Part shown: one piece after another, positions 26,401-40,705 of the stretch
Layout: the number at the start of each line of letters is the position of its first letter
How positions within the stretch are numbered: position 1 is the first letter of the stretch
DNA from: the human T2T-CHM13v2.0 reference genome, Homo sapiens
Direction: 5' to 3' (one strand)
DNA length: 64,000 nt
Assembly (NCBI RefSeq): GCF_009914755.1
Contig: NC_060927.1
Program-made: the position numbers and the translations under genes
The notes under the pieces: generated by a model
The model's database searches: none
What the model was told of the DNA's origin: nothing
The model's input: the letters and a program-made list of their open reading frames with translations, nothing else

Positions 26401-29400
26401 AGTATTCATTTTATTCAATAAACACCATTGGCCATAAATATTATGTGCTCAGAACTAAAAAATGCGAAGGTGTTCCAAATCTATCACATGAAGGCAGACA
26501 TTTAAACAAATAAATGCACTAGTGTTTCAGATGATGGATGGATGATGTACAGTGGGGGCCAAAAACGAGAAAGAGAGTGCTCATTTCTATTGGGAGATAA
26601 TGCCTGACCTGAGACTAAATAAACATAGGTTTCCACCAGGAAGTCAAGGAAGAAACGAAGAGCAATCCAGGTAGAAAGAAGGAGCACAGAGAAGGGTGAA
26701 TCTTCGTGGTAAATTCAGGGCTTAGCAGGCATACTGCCATGATTGGAGCACAAGATAAGGTGGGGATGGGGCTGAAAAGTGAAATCTGGAGAATGGAGTG
26801 CAGGCAGAATCACGGAGGGCCTTGTGTGCAATGCCAAGGACTCTGGACACTCTGAGCCACTGATTCTTACAAGAATACACATAGCCTGTGCAGCTTTAAG
26901 GACGGCAGGTGCCTAGCTCACCCCCAGTAACACTAATTAGTTGGCCCTTGGTGAGATTTGCCATGTTTTATTTTTTTACTCAACCTCTTTGTGTAGGCAG
27001 TGAGGGGCCACTTAAGGAATGCAATAAGCAGAGGTGTAGTATCACAGTTTCAATCAGCTACAGTGTGGAGAATGGATTGGAGGTATACAAGATTGAAAGC
27101 AAGAGATCCAACTAAAGAGACCATCATGGTGGCCCAAGTGAATAAGGGCAAAAACACAGGCTAGAAAAAATGCAGGTGGAATACAGAGGAGAGGAAGGAT
27201 ATTGAAATGTCAAGTACACAGTCCAGACTTACTATAGAGGCAGGGATGGTGTGAAAGCGTGGGTTGGATCATGGGGTTGAAACTCCCATGATCTCCTGCA
27301 TCCCTCCTAAATGCACAGGTAAAATAAAAACAGATATTTTCTGTGCTAAAAGAATCACAGGAAAAATCCCCCGCCTTCCCTTCCTCCATCCTCCACACTT
27401 TCCAATAACTTGTTGCCTCTAAGTAGTTCTTCTTTCTGAAGTCATAATTAGTGTCTGGGGGCAAAGAAAGGAGACATAGAGGTGGAAAGGAATTAAGAAT
27501 GACTGCCTTTCCAACACTTCAGGGAAAGTAATACTTACCTCAAGGAGTGAGAAAAAATAAGATAATGTATGGATTGTGTCTGGCACATGGTAGGCTCTCA
27601 AAAAATCACTTCCTTTTCCTGGAAGGGAGTGACTGAAGCCCAAGCCCTCCCCTTGCCTGAGCAAAAATTTCTACCCAGCTCTGTTTTCCTCTCAAACATA
27701 TTTATAAGTTTTCTAGTGCAAGACTAAAATGACAAGATTTCACTTTTTCTCAGACAAGATTTTTTTTTTTTAATCCTATGGAATAAAGTCAGAACTGGAT
27801 GAAGGATTTTCCCCTTTCTGCTGTGTTCCATCAATTGAGAAGAAACTCTCTTTCCTGATAATCTTCTCTGAAATGTAATATTTTTTTTCATCCTTATACT
27901 CAATGGGGGAAAAAAAGTACTAGCAGCAACACATCTGAAGATTCCTTGTACCCATCTAAAAGTTAACTCCTCTTTAGTGCTTTGCAAGTAAGCAAAAACA
28001 CTACACTTCAAAAAAAAAAGCAAGCAAGCAAGCTGCAGAGGACTCTATGAAAGCTGTTCTTTTTACAGAAGTGTGGTCACAAATCAATGCATTGTTAATG
28101 AAGAGTTTCCTCTATAAAACTCTAGAGTTATGTGGAGACTCAAGACTTGCTTATGACTTCTCGCTGTGGGGAGGTGTGGGCTGAGTTTACACAATGGGGG
28201 CTTTCAGCCCCATTTACTTCAGAAGAGCTTTGCCCAAGAAGCCTGATGAGAGAATTGCCCTTTTCCCCTCCTTTCCAAAATGTCAGCCCGGATTGTTTCA
28301 AGAACTAGGGAGAGCAGTGTACTGATCTAAATCATTGAAATATTCCTTGAAAATTTAAAATTACCAGAAATGCACCGTTTCTTTTTCTTCTGAAAGCACA
28401 AACATTAGAAAATACTATATAGCAATTAGGAGCCAGGTTGCCTATATTTGAATCCAGGTCCCAGGTCTTCCCATATAAACTTAGGCTAGTTACTTATCAC
28501 TTGTACCTCGGTGTTATTATCTGCAAAATGGGATAGTGTTTGTACCTATCTCATACAGTGGTTGTGAGGATTAAAATGATTTAATAGATGTAAAATGCTT
28601 AGAGCAGCACCTGACACATAGTTTCCTGTTACTCGATACTATTCAGAAGAGGAGAGCTCCAAGCTGGATCCACCCATGAAGCTGCTGGAAACAAGTCTGC
28701 TTAATAACAGATATTGTAAATACTGGACCACAGGCCACACAGACCCACAGGAATGTATAATTAAGCAGGATTTAACTTAAAAAAATTCATTGCCGACATA
28801 TACAATCCAAGAGAGATACAAATAAGCATTTCTGGCTTCTCTTGAAGATTCAAGAGACCTGGCCATCCTGGACCCAAGTCCTACTGACCACTCTTGGTGG
28901 GAGCTGAGTAGCTGCTAACCTCTTTAGGCAGGGCATAAATCTCCAAGTCACCATGCTCCCCATCTGGCCCAGTTCTCTCATTTACTTTACCTTCACAGGC
29001 ATTTCAGGTTGTGATCTCTATACTAAAGGGATTGGGGCTCAGAAATCACAGCCTCGCCTCTACTTACATCATAATACAGGATCAGCACTGTGAAGTTGGA
29101 GGGGTGAACACACCTTGATCTCTGGATGACTGAGAGAGGGGAGGTGAAGAAAAGAGTTACAACCTGGTTGTATGTGAGACTCAGGTCTTCTCTAATCTCT
29201 CCAGTAGAACTTCCGTTTTTCTCCTTATAAAATTCAAATACATGACTTAAAAAGTAAACCAGTAACAGCTACAATTTATCTATACCATTTTATATACATT
29301 ATCTAATGGTATCCTCAGACCTATGATGTAGCAATTATAATCTCCATGTTATATCCCCAGAGAGGCTAAACAGCTTGCCTCAAGTCAGTAGGAAGTGACG

Positions 29401-30557
29401 GAGCTGGGACTCAAGTGCAGGCCCAGGGTAGCAAAAGGCATCCTTCTACGTAGAATTTCCTCCAAATTCACCATGTCTTCAAAGACCTCTGTGTTCCCCT
29501 CAAAACTTCTCGCCTACGGGAATTTCCTCAAACGCATCCTCCCCTGGCAATAGCTCTGACTGTAGAGCTGAAGGTGGTAAGGGAACTAGTGTTTTACACA
29601 AATTGCAAATGCCCTAGGAAACTGATGAGAAAGAATTAAACGGCTGTGAGACCCCCCCGAGTGTGCAGAAATTAAGAGGAGAAAAACTCAAAAAGCTTGA
29701 CCGCATGGAAAAAATTATTCTAATAGTCTTATAAGTCAGAGATGGTAATTTTATTAAATAATTTTTTTAATGGGCAAAGAATGACTAGAAAGAATAAAGA
29801 ACTCTTGTCTATGCCAGGCCAAATTTGAGGCAGTACCAAGACCTTTACTATTTATTGGCTATCTTAATGGAAGGACAGTATATGGCAACAGATGAGCAAT
29901 GCCCTTGGCTCTACATCTTACAAGCTTTATGACCTTGAGCAAGGTACTTAACCCATGAAAGCCTGTTCCTTCATCTGTAAAATTAGCATAATACAGTACT
30001 AAAATTGAAAGTGTTGAGGATTCTATGGGATATACACAAAGTGTCCAGTATGCTGTCTAGCATACAGTAGGTGCTCTATAAATGCTGATGTTCTCCCACC
30101 CTCTTAATTATCCTCAGCGATTTGAAATTGATAGTAATCAGAAGATAAGTGTGTTATTTTGGAACAAAATGTGAGGAAAAGGGAAATAGGAGAAAGTATT
30201 TGGGTAGACAATAATTACCGAGGCTTCTCCTTTCTCTTAAACAAAAAAATGTCCCAAATTGCTATTTTATATGCAGTAGCACTCAAATAGTACTTCTGGC
30301 AAAAAGAGTTGAAATACTGAGTAGGTGTAAATGACATAGCTATTGCCTAGAAATTTAAAGCTTCTGAACTACTACGAATAATGGCAAATATCAAGTGTTT
30401 ACTATCACCAGACACCATGATATTCATCTTATGTGCATTATTTCATTTAGTACTCACAATCTCAAAGATAACTATTATATTGTTTCTATTTTGTAGATGA
30501 AACTGAGCCTTAGAGAATTTTGTAGTTTGTCCAATGTAATGGACAACTGAAGCTCAT

Positions 30558-30573
30558 TCATATATATATATAT

Positions 30574-30604
<31 letters not shown>
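30558..30604. repeat. Compound (TA)n(CA)n(TA)n microsatellite
   Basis: Seen directly in the sequence. Confidence 0.9.
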
Positions 30605-32321
30605 GGCATACAATCTTGTCCAAGCCTCAAATGCAAAACTGCTGCAAATCTGATAAACTGAGGGAGCAACTGATGGATGATAGAGAAATATGGCTTCAAT
30701 GTAAGTTATAATAAGCTAAATTATCTATTCTAATCTGACCTCCTAAAATTAATCAGGTATCAACTGACCTCACTGTGTTAAATACATAGTAGGCACTATA
30801 CTTATTGCTTTGTTTAATAAACTTGTCTCTATCATTAATGTCTTATGATTAAGTCAGAATTTTGTGCCTTGCCTTTACCTAAAATAGGGAAATAATACCT
30901 TCTTCACAAGGAAGCTGTGAGGAAAAGCTATAAATAGCTGTATACACATAGAATTTACAAGTCAACTTTTCTCTGAATTGCATTTATTGTCTCAGCATTT
31001 TTTCTGTGAAGTTGAATATCATCTTACTTAACACAAGTGATTTGTCCAAAAGAGGGCTATTTGAAGGCAAAACGACGAGGATCCCAGATCTTTCTTTTTA
31101 GACATTGGTTCAGTCAGACAGAAATATCTACTGAGAAAAGCAACTGACAGATTACTGAATAGTCTGGGAAAAATGTTTAACCACCTCAGTTTCTGAACTT
31201 GTAAAATATGAGTGATGATAGCGTCCATGTAGAAGTGTGATAAAATTAAATAAATTAGTACTTGAAATGCATTTTTTCATGTACTGCCATGTAATAAGCA
31301 TAACAGATATTATTTTCACACAAAACCCTTCATAATTACTTAAGATTCTTCCAAACCACTGCATTAAGAATGTTATCTCCACAGCTTTCCCAAACAATAC
31401 TGCATCTCTAATATAACATCAAATGCCCCCAAGGAACTGGCACAATCATTTGCCACATGAGTAAATGACTCTGATGTGGCCTTGCTTTGGGAATATTCTA
31501 ATATTTGACTGCTACTTTTAACACTGAAGTTAAGAGACCAAATCATATATTTTCAGTTTCATGAATTTAGCGCATCCTTCAAGCACTTTCTCTGAATACA
31601 GCAACGTGTTAAGTGTTGTGACCACAACCAAGATATAGAAGTAGTAGTCCCATATGCTTGAACTTGCATAAACATCCACTCATATACTTACACGACTTGC
31701 AACTACTTGCTCACAGATGTGGATCCCTCCTGCAATATGGACTTTTTGAGAATATGGCTGCAGTTACTTCTCTGTTTTTACCTTCAACACCCAGAACAAT
31801 GTTTAGCACATAATTAAGGATCAAAAATGATTGTGGAATAACTCATTTTATAGTCCAGCAGGAGGGATCAATCATGTACACAAATACAGAAATATAATAC
31901 AAACTGTGGAAATTCCATTACAGGTAGTAAACGCTATACCTCTTTAGAGAGGACAGTCACTTCTCATTAGACTGAAAAAGAGAATTTATAGAGGACAATG
32001 TATTTGAATTGGACTTGTGGTACCAGAAGATTTGGGTGGAGATTATAGCTGGAAGCTGTAGCGGGGGGAAAAATGGAAACAAAAAGAAAAAAATTTACTT
32101 CAAGGGAAGGTGAACAGGTCTGGAGCAAAGTTTGCATGTAGAGGAGGCGCAGACGTTAAGAATGAAAGAGGCAGTGAACTATTTGTGGAAGAAACTGAGT
32201 AAGTCAAGGCAAGGAGTAACAATTTTATTTAATACACAATTGAGAATCCTTAAAGCTTTCAAATAGTAGGGTACTATGAGATTTGTTTAACTGATGATTA
32301 TTTCAAAAAGTAATGATTCAG

Positions 32322-35300
32322 GACTTCCGGTTCCAGCCAAGATGGGATAGGCCCATTACAAACTCCATTTTAAGACGGTCTAGCCTCTTAAAATTAACAC
32401 AAAATTGACATAACACAACAAGCGAGCATGGGAAGACCCTAAACCGTAGAGAGGCGGCAGACTTCCTGAGGAAGCTGGGATTCCCCCAGTGGGGAGCTGA
32501 GCCACTACTTGCACTTAGCATTAACAAGGTGGAAAGAGGTGGTGTAAGGCAGGGCAGGTGACACTGTTTCCTCCTTCCTCTGGTTTCTGCCAATGGGGAG
32601 AAACCCTTCACCCTTCACCTACCATCAATAAGCCCAAATGAAGGGGCACTCCACTTCCCTTCCCTGCTCCACTGGTGTCAGCAGGGAATCAGGACATTGG
32701 GTTTCTACCCTTACCCTATGACAACAAGTGGTGTGGTGTCACCAGGGCCCAGTTTGTATTTCCTCTTAGGAGCAACAATGTGGTGCAACTTGGTGCTCCA
32801 CTTTCACCAAGAAGGTATAAGCAGAGCCAAAGGAGAAGCCATCCTTCTACTGTGTTCATCTGCACTGAGGCAGTATAAACATTCCACTTCTGAGGGGGTG
32901 CTGTCAGTGAGACCCAATGGTAGACTCAACATGTACAGATCCAGAGTCCCATAATATCCGAAGTGTCAAAGAGAAAATAGTCACTCATCCCAAGAACTAG
33001 AAAAATCACAACTTCAGTGAGAAAGGACAATCCACATATGCCAACATCAAGATGAATCAGATGTTGAAAGTATCTGACAAGATATTTAATGCAGCCATAA
33101 AGTGCTTCAATTATAAATTCTCTTAAAACAAACAGAAAATTTACAAAATGTCAGTAAATAAATAGAAATGAAGTAATACATGCTACTATATATGGATAAA
33201 TGTAAAAATATTATGCTAAGTGAAATAAGCCACACACACACATAAAAACAAAACCTCACATATTATATGATACAATTTATAAGACAGGTCCAGAATAGGC
33301 AAATCTACAGAGACAGAAAGTAGGTTAGTAGTTTCTGAGGCTAAAGGTGGCATGGAATGAGGACTGTCTGTCAGTGGGTACAGTTTTCTTTTTGGGGTAT
33401 TGAAAATGTTCAAATATTAAACTGTGGTGATGCTTCTACAACTCTGCATACATATCAAAAACTACTGAAATGTATACTGTATACGAATTAACTTTATGGT
33501 ATGTAAACTATATTTCAGTATAATTTAAGTTAATAATCATATTTTATTTAAAAAAGGAATGTCATCAAACTAAAAAGTCCAGTAACTGAAATAATACCTT
33601 GCTGCCTGGGTTCAACAGTAGAATGGAAAAAACAGAGGAAAGAATCAGCAAATTTGAAGTCAGCTCAACAGAATTTACACGATCTCAATAACAGAGATAT
33701 AACAGACTGAAAAAAAATAAACAGGGATAATAACAAAAGATCCATCATTGGAGTCTGAGGAAAGATATGAGAGAGTATTTTAAAAGGTAATGGCTGAACA
33801 CTTCCCAAATTTTTCAGCTGCTGAAAGAAAAGAATTGTCAACCATGATTATGATATCCAGTGAGGGATGAAAGGGAAACAGAGACATTCTCAGACAAACA
33901 AAAACTAATAGAATTTGTTGCCAGTATAACTACTTTTAAAGATCGGCTGAAGGGTTTTCTTCAAAGGAAATGACAGAAAAAGAAATCTCAGACAATCAGG
34001 AAGGAAGGAAGAACAAAATAAACCCAGACGTATGGATGCATACACTGGACTTCTCCTCATCAGTTTTAAAAATCATCCCTGATCATTAAAACAAAAATTA
34101 TACAACATCTTATACTAAAGAAAAAGATATTTAAAATAGCGAAAGAAAAGGGATGTAAATGGAATTAAGTTTCCACACATCAAAGTGGTAAAACATTGAT
34201 ACAAATAGACTGGGGTATATTATGTGTCCATGTTTTAATACCTAGAACAAACACTAAAAATACATATGTATATACACAAAAGCAATATACTAAAAACACT
34301 ATAAATAAATCAAGATGGAATCCTACAAGTTATTCAAGTAACCCACAAGAAGGCAAGAGAAGCAAAATGGATAATGAGAAACTGAGGGAGAAAAACAGAT
34401 CATGCTCTGATTAAAAAGACAATAAGGAAATAATACAAACAATTTTATGCTCATAAAATTGACAGCCTAGAAAAAAATCACAAACCACAAACTAGATGAA
34501 ATAGTCAACCTTAATAGTCCTATAACCACTAAAGAAATGGTATTAGTCATTTAAAACCTGAAATAGAAATCTCCAAGCACAGATTTCACTCAAGATTTCC
34601 ATAAACACACACACAAAAATCCTCATCAAAATATTAACAAATCAAATCCAGCAATGTTTAAAAAGAATTATACACCATGACCAAATGGGATTTATTCCAG
34701 GTATGCCAGGCTGCTTCAACATTCAAACATCAAACAATGTAACCCAGCACATAAACACACCAGAGAAAAAAAATAATAATTATGTAAATAAATGCAGAAA
34801 AAAACATTTAACAAAATTCGACACCCATTCATGACTAAAACTCTCAGAAAACCAATAGAGGGAAACTTCCTCAACTGATAAAAAACATCTACCCAAACCT
34901 ACACCTAACATCATATTTAATGGTAAAAGAATGAATGCTTTCCCCCTAAGATTGGAAAAAGGGAACATCACTTTTATCTAGCATAGTACTGTTAAGTTCT
35001 GGTCATTGCAAGATGGTAAGAAAAAGAAATAAAAGGCACACAGTTTGAAGGGGAAGAAATAAAACTACACCTATTTTCAAATGACATGATATTGTATGTA
35101 GAAAATCCCAAGTAATCTATAAAGAAGTTTAAAAAAAAAACCTCAGAAGACATAAATCAGCAAGGTTGCAAAATACAAAACCAACCACATAGAATCCAAT
35201 CATTTAATCCAATCATAAAACCAACATTTAAAAAACAGAATCATTTACAATTGCTTCAAAAAATTAAATACTTACGTGTAAGTCCAATAAAACATGTATT

Positions 35301-37958
35301 ATATCTGTGTCATAAAAGTTATAAAATGCGAATGAAATAAAATTAAAGAAGACTTAAATGAAGAGACATTGTGTTCATGGCTAAGAAAACTCAACATAGT
35401 AAAGATGTCAATTCTTCTCAAAATGGATTCTATAGCCTTCAATGTAATTCACATATGAAAATGGCAAGGTGTTTTGTAGACACAGACCACCTTATTTCTA
35501 AAATTTACAAAGGCACAGACCTAGAATAGTTAATGTAACTTTGAAAAAAAAAGAACCAAGTGGGAGAAACCACTCCACCAGATTTTGTTAAGGCTTACTA
35601 AATTGCTACAGTTATCACCACAGTATTGATGGAGGGGCTGACACACACACACACACACACAAATCAATGGAACAGCTAGAAGACTCTGAAAGAGATTCAC
35701 ACAAATATGTCTAAGTGATTTTTTACAAAGGTGCAAAAGCAATTCACTGAAGGAAGGACAGGCTTCAACAAATGTTACTGGAGCAACTGGACATCTGTAG
35801 ACAAAAATATAAACCTCAACCTAAACCTTATTATTTTATAAATTAACTAAAAATGAATCACAGAATTAAATGTAAAACTCTAAAATTTTTATGAAAAAAA
35901 ACAAAAAATCTTCAGAACCCAGGCAGGTCTAGGCAAAAATTTAGACTTGACATCAGATGTACAACCCAAAAAAGGAAAAATTAAATTGCACCTCATCAAA
36001 ATTTAAAACTTTTGCTTTATGAAAAACTGAAGAGAATGAAAAAGCTATAAACTGGGAGAAAATTTTTGCAAACAATATATTCAATAAAGGATTTGTATCT
36101 AGAATATGTAAAAACCTCTCAAAACTCAACAGTAAAAAAAAAAGTGTTCTAGAAAATGGGCAAAAGACACAAGCAGATATTTATTGAAGAGGGTGTAGAG
36201 ATGACAAGCACATGAAAAGATGTGCTTAGCCATCAAGGAAGTGTGAATTTAAACCATTATCACAAATTTCCCATGTTCTCACTCACAGGAGTCAAAATGA
36301 GTTAAAAATTAACACAATTGTTCTCATAAAGATAGAAAGTAGAACGATGATGATCAGATGATGATCAGAGGAAGGGTGGCAGGTAGTGGGGGAAAGTGGG
36401 AATGGTTTAGGTGCAAAAATATAGTTAGAATGAATAAGATCTAGTATTTGATAGCATAACAGGTTGTCTATAGTCAACAAAAATTTACTGTTATCTTTTT
36501 AAATAACTAAAAGAGTAAAATTGGAATGTTCTTAACACAAAGAAATAATAAATGCTTGAGGTGATGGATACCCCAATTATCCCAATGTATCATACATTGT
36601 GTGCTTGTATCAAAACATCACATGTACTCCACAAATATATATAACTATTATGTAACAATAATAACTTAATAAAAGTTTTTAAAACCACCATAAGATACGA
36701 TATCACTACATACCTATCAAAATGGCTACATGTAAATTTTTGATAATATCAAATGCTGTCAAGGATTCAGGGAAACTGGGTCACTCAGACTGCTGAAAGA
36801 ATTGTAAAATTATATGGCCACCCCGGAAAATAGTATGTCATTTTCTTTCAAAACTAAACATGTACTTCCCACATGCAACCCAGAAACTGCACTCCTGGAC
36901 ATTTATCCCAGAAAAATGAAAACTTATGTTCACACACAAACCTATGCACACATTTATAGCAGATTTATTCCTGATAGCCAAAAACTAGAAACAACGCAAA
37001 TATCCTTCATATCATCCAATGGGTAAAATAAACCGTGCTACCTCTTCTGTACCATGGGAAACTACACGGCAATAAAATGGAATGGATTATTGATACATGC
37101 TACAACTTGAATGGATCTCAAAGAAATTATTCTGAGCAAAAAAATTTAAAAAAGCAAAAGCCAGTCCTCATACTGCATTCCACTTATATAGCATTCTCAA
37201 AATAACAAAATTACAGAGATGAAGAACAGACAGTGATTGGTAGGAATTAGGGACTTGGGAAGGAGGGTGGTGGCTATGACTATGAAAGGGTAGCATAAGG
37301 AATCCTATATCCTGACTGTGGTGTTGGTCACATGAAATGTACATGACATTATTGAAAGCTGAAACCCTAGGAACAGAAATCAGGTCAGTGATTGCTAGAG
37401 AGTGGTTGGGGAGAGTGGTTTAATTACAAGGTAAGGAGGGGATTTTTGAGGGTGATGGAAATATTCTGTATCTTGATTGTAGTGGCTGTTACATTCATCA
37501 TACATCGCACACACATCACTTTAAAATGGTGAATTTTACTGTATGCAAAATATGCCTCAATAAACAACAAAAAAAATCTGTTTGTAAATAAATGAATGTA
37601 AATACTCCAAAATGTTAAGAGTGGCATTCTGTAGGTGGGAGTATATTACTTGTTGATTTTTAAATCTTTTTTCAGTATTCTGTATTACTTTTTAAATAAA
37701 TAAAAACTAATAAAAGTTTTAAAAAAATCTACACGTGTGATAAACCTGTATATAACTAAATGTATACACACGACTGCATGTACAAGTGTGGAAATCTGAA
37801 TATGGCTGATAAATTATAACCATGTCAACTTGTGATACTGCACAATAATTATGCAAGATGTTACCATTGGGAGAAATAGGTAAAAGGTATATGACTTCTC
37901 TATTATTTCTTACAACTGCATGTAAAAGTATAATTATCTCAAAATAAAAAGTTAAAAC
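32322..37958 (+). mobile_element. Ancient near-full-length L1 (L1MC/L1MD-like) with nested L1 3' fragments (about 33165-33550, 36260-36680, 37340-37720)
   Basis: 5' GACTTCCGG...CCAAGATGG, decayed ORF1/ORF2 (CATGACCAAATGGGATTTATTCCAGG), L1MD-type 3' end, and a degenerate 15-bp TSD. Confidence 0.8.
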
Positions 37959-38369
37959 AAAGGAATGATCCAGTACACATCAAGAGCTACAATCATGCTC
38001 ATAACTCGACTTAGCAATTTCAATTCAGAAATCAGCATTTATCTACTCAACACCCACATGAGGCACCGTGGTAGGTGATGGAGATTCAGCGGTGAAAAAG
38101 GCAAGCATAGAGACTGTCTTCATGAACTTTCACTCTAGGAAATGGGAAAATAGCTCAATGTATGAAGAAGGTCATTAATCTTCAGTCATATGGGTAAGAA
38201 CTGGAATCAAACTAAATTTAAGAGAAAGATTAAGTCATTTTTGGAATAGCATGTGCCTGTTAAAATAATTATAAATATTATTTAACAGGATGGAGAAAAT
38301 CTTGTAACATTAAAGAGAATACTAAGTTTTAAAATGACATACTCGTTAGTATTGATAATTAATGACAAC

Positions 38370-40263
38370 TTATTTTATATGAATAAAATTTTATTGAATT
38401 TTAGATAATTAGAAAGAATAAAGAAATGCAAGATAAATGCTTTCTAAACAGCATCTGATAGCATCATCTTTTCAGTGTCATGGTATTTTCACTTTTCTTT
38501 ATAAAAAGTATAGACATTCATTTATTTAAATTTTTACAAAGTAAGAACCATCAAATGGAAAAAAAAATAAGTAATGCTAAAGTAAATTCAGCTTTTTATC
38601 AATACTGAAATGGTTGGCAATGGTTAGGTTCTGAGTGTAGCCTTCTTGGAAAAACAGTGTTTGCAGCAGCTGTTGGTTTCCATTCATTCACATAACTGAA
38701 AAAAATGTCAGGAAGCCACTCCCTGTGAAGACTACGCTTGCAGGAGAAGAGAGCAAAAAGTATGGTGGTAAGAGGGAGTAAGAGAACACATCCAGAAAGA
38801 AAAGACACTCTTATTGAGACATGGGATGAGTATCATAAGTAATCTAGGAAACAAATCTGAGAAGAAATTTGTGGGTTGCTTAAGTGTGGTTAAGGCAAGA
38901 CAGTCACTAATGCAAGTATGGCCAGATCTACATAGCACAAAATAAAGTGGGGGAGTTTGTAAATTAATCTGGTGAACCGCAAGGCCAGCCAAGCCAGGTA
39001 GTAACCACAAAAGTAATCTCTTTACAGTGATGTAAAATGCATCTGGGCAACACTGCAACCCTGAGCTGACACAAATGTAGGGTAGACACTTCCAGGAGCA
39101 CACCAGAAGATAACACCTTTAGTCTCAGTCTTACCTCTTTTGCAAAAAGCATTATTTTGAAAAACGAAACAGAACAAAAAAACATCTGCCCTCCCTGACA
39201 AGTAAGTTAACTTCTACTTGTCAAATAAGGAGAAAGTTACATACCTCAGTACAAAAGGCATCAGGTGCTGCCCTCATTAATAGTAACCTACTGTAATAGC
39301 AAGGGAGATCTGAACAACCTTGCTCTGAGAGGCTGCCCAGCAAGGCTACAACCCCTTAGCCCTACCTTCCTGCCCACACAACCTAGCTCGGTCATGATAT
39401 GATGGACCTCTATGAGCTCACTAAATACAACCATTGAACAAGGTATTATACAACAGTCTTTTCTTTCTTAGCCCAATGCCTCTCATGTATTTAAAAAAAA
39501 AAAAAAAGCCTTTTATAAAAAAATATTTTTCCAGGAAAAAATAAACAGTAATTGCCATGGACCTGTAACAGATCCTAGAATAACACAGACAGGCAAGAAT
39601 CTGTCAATATAGCAATATTCCACATATGAAATTCATGGTTCAGGAAGAGATAAATAAATAAATATGAAGGGGCTTCTCAAAGACGTTTCCTTTGTCTTCC
39701 CCCATTTCTTACTGAATTTTGCTCATGTAAAAAGTTTTGATTATATGATAGAAGAGTCAGCCCTGTTGGGACCAATATTAACCATTTATACCATTAAGCC
39801 CTCTATATAACGAGGGAATTGGGAGAGACGGAACATATCACAGGGTTGCTTGTTATTTTCTTAAAGACACCTACCTTTTAAAATAATTTCAATATTTAAA
39901 CTCCATCTGGCACTTTAATCTCTTAAAAATTATTAAGTTAGGCATGAAGAACAAGCCCATCTGGGCGGCAGTTTGGATTTTAAGTACTATTCTGCTCTTG
40001 TATCTTTTTCCTTGGCTTGGCACATCTTTGAGATCCAGCAGAATCCCAGGACATCTTTGGTGGGGAAGCAAGTCTTCATGATGGAGCATTTCAGTCCATT
40101 TTACACATCTTAGTGGCCAAGTAACAGCACTGCCTTCTTCTTTGTGCATTTTACTAATATAATTATAAGGAAGTGTTTCTTTCCCAGCACTCCCCACCCC
40201 ACCCTCCCCCTTGTATGAGGGCATTCCATTTATTCATTTCTGAACACAACATTTCCTCATGTC
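38370..40263 (-). other. IGSF11: IGSF11 3'UTR (distal end approximate)
   Basis: Stretch with no recognisable repeat between the stop codon and the AATAAA cluster; contains U-tracts and an ARE. Confidence 0.7.
38390..38395 (-). terminator. Candidate distal poly(A) signal of IGSF11
   Basis: TTTATT on plus (AATAAA on minus) about 1.9 kb past the stop codon; another lies at 38521-38526. Confidence 0.6.
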
Positions 40264-40705
40264 CTATACCAAGGACCCGGCCCGACTCTGGGCTGGTACC
40301 ATGACAGGTACTGCACCAATTCGTTCCAGTGTTGCGTGGCTGATGGTGTAGGAATGAGTGTGTGGAGGCCGAGGCTTCCTACTGACTGAGCCATTGCTCC
40401 TGGACATCACCTGTGGTGATGACCCTCTGTTGGCTGTCACTACCAGAGTCTTATGTTGACCCGGGACCAGATGGGTCCCATTAGCATAAATGGATGGTAT
40501 GTTGGCATTGCCTGAGTGGAAAGAGAAAGATTGGCCCAAGTCACTGAAGTGGCTGACTGACTCTGTGTTTCTATGAACTTTTGGATTGTTGCTCCAGTAT
40601 CGACTGTTGTAGGCATTGGAAGAGGTTAGTGTGTTGTTGTCCGAGGAGGAAATCTCAGTGTGAAATGCTTTGGCAGAAGAACACTTGGGTGGAAGATCAT
40701 CCTCT
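40264..40705 (-). CDS. IGSF11: IGSF11 last coding exon: cytoplasmic tail (R)[10 protein letters not shown]...[14 protein letters not shown]
   Basis: Acceptor TTTTGTTCCTTTCAG|A (phase 2), open to TAG at 40264-40266; CTX/CAR-family C-terminal class I PDZ ligand. Confidence 0.97.
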
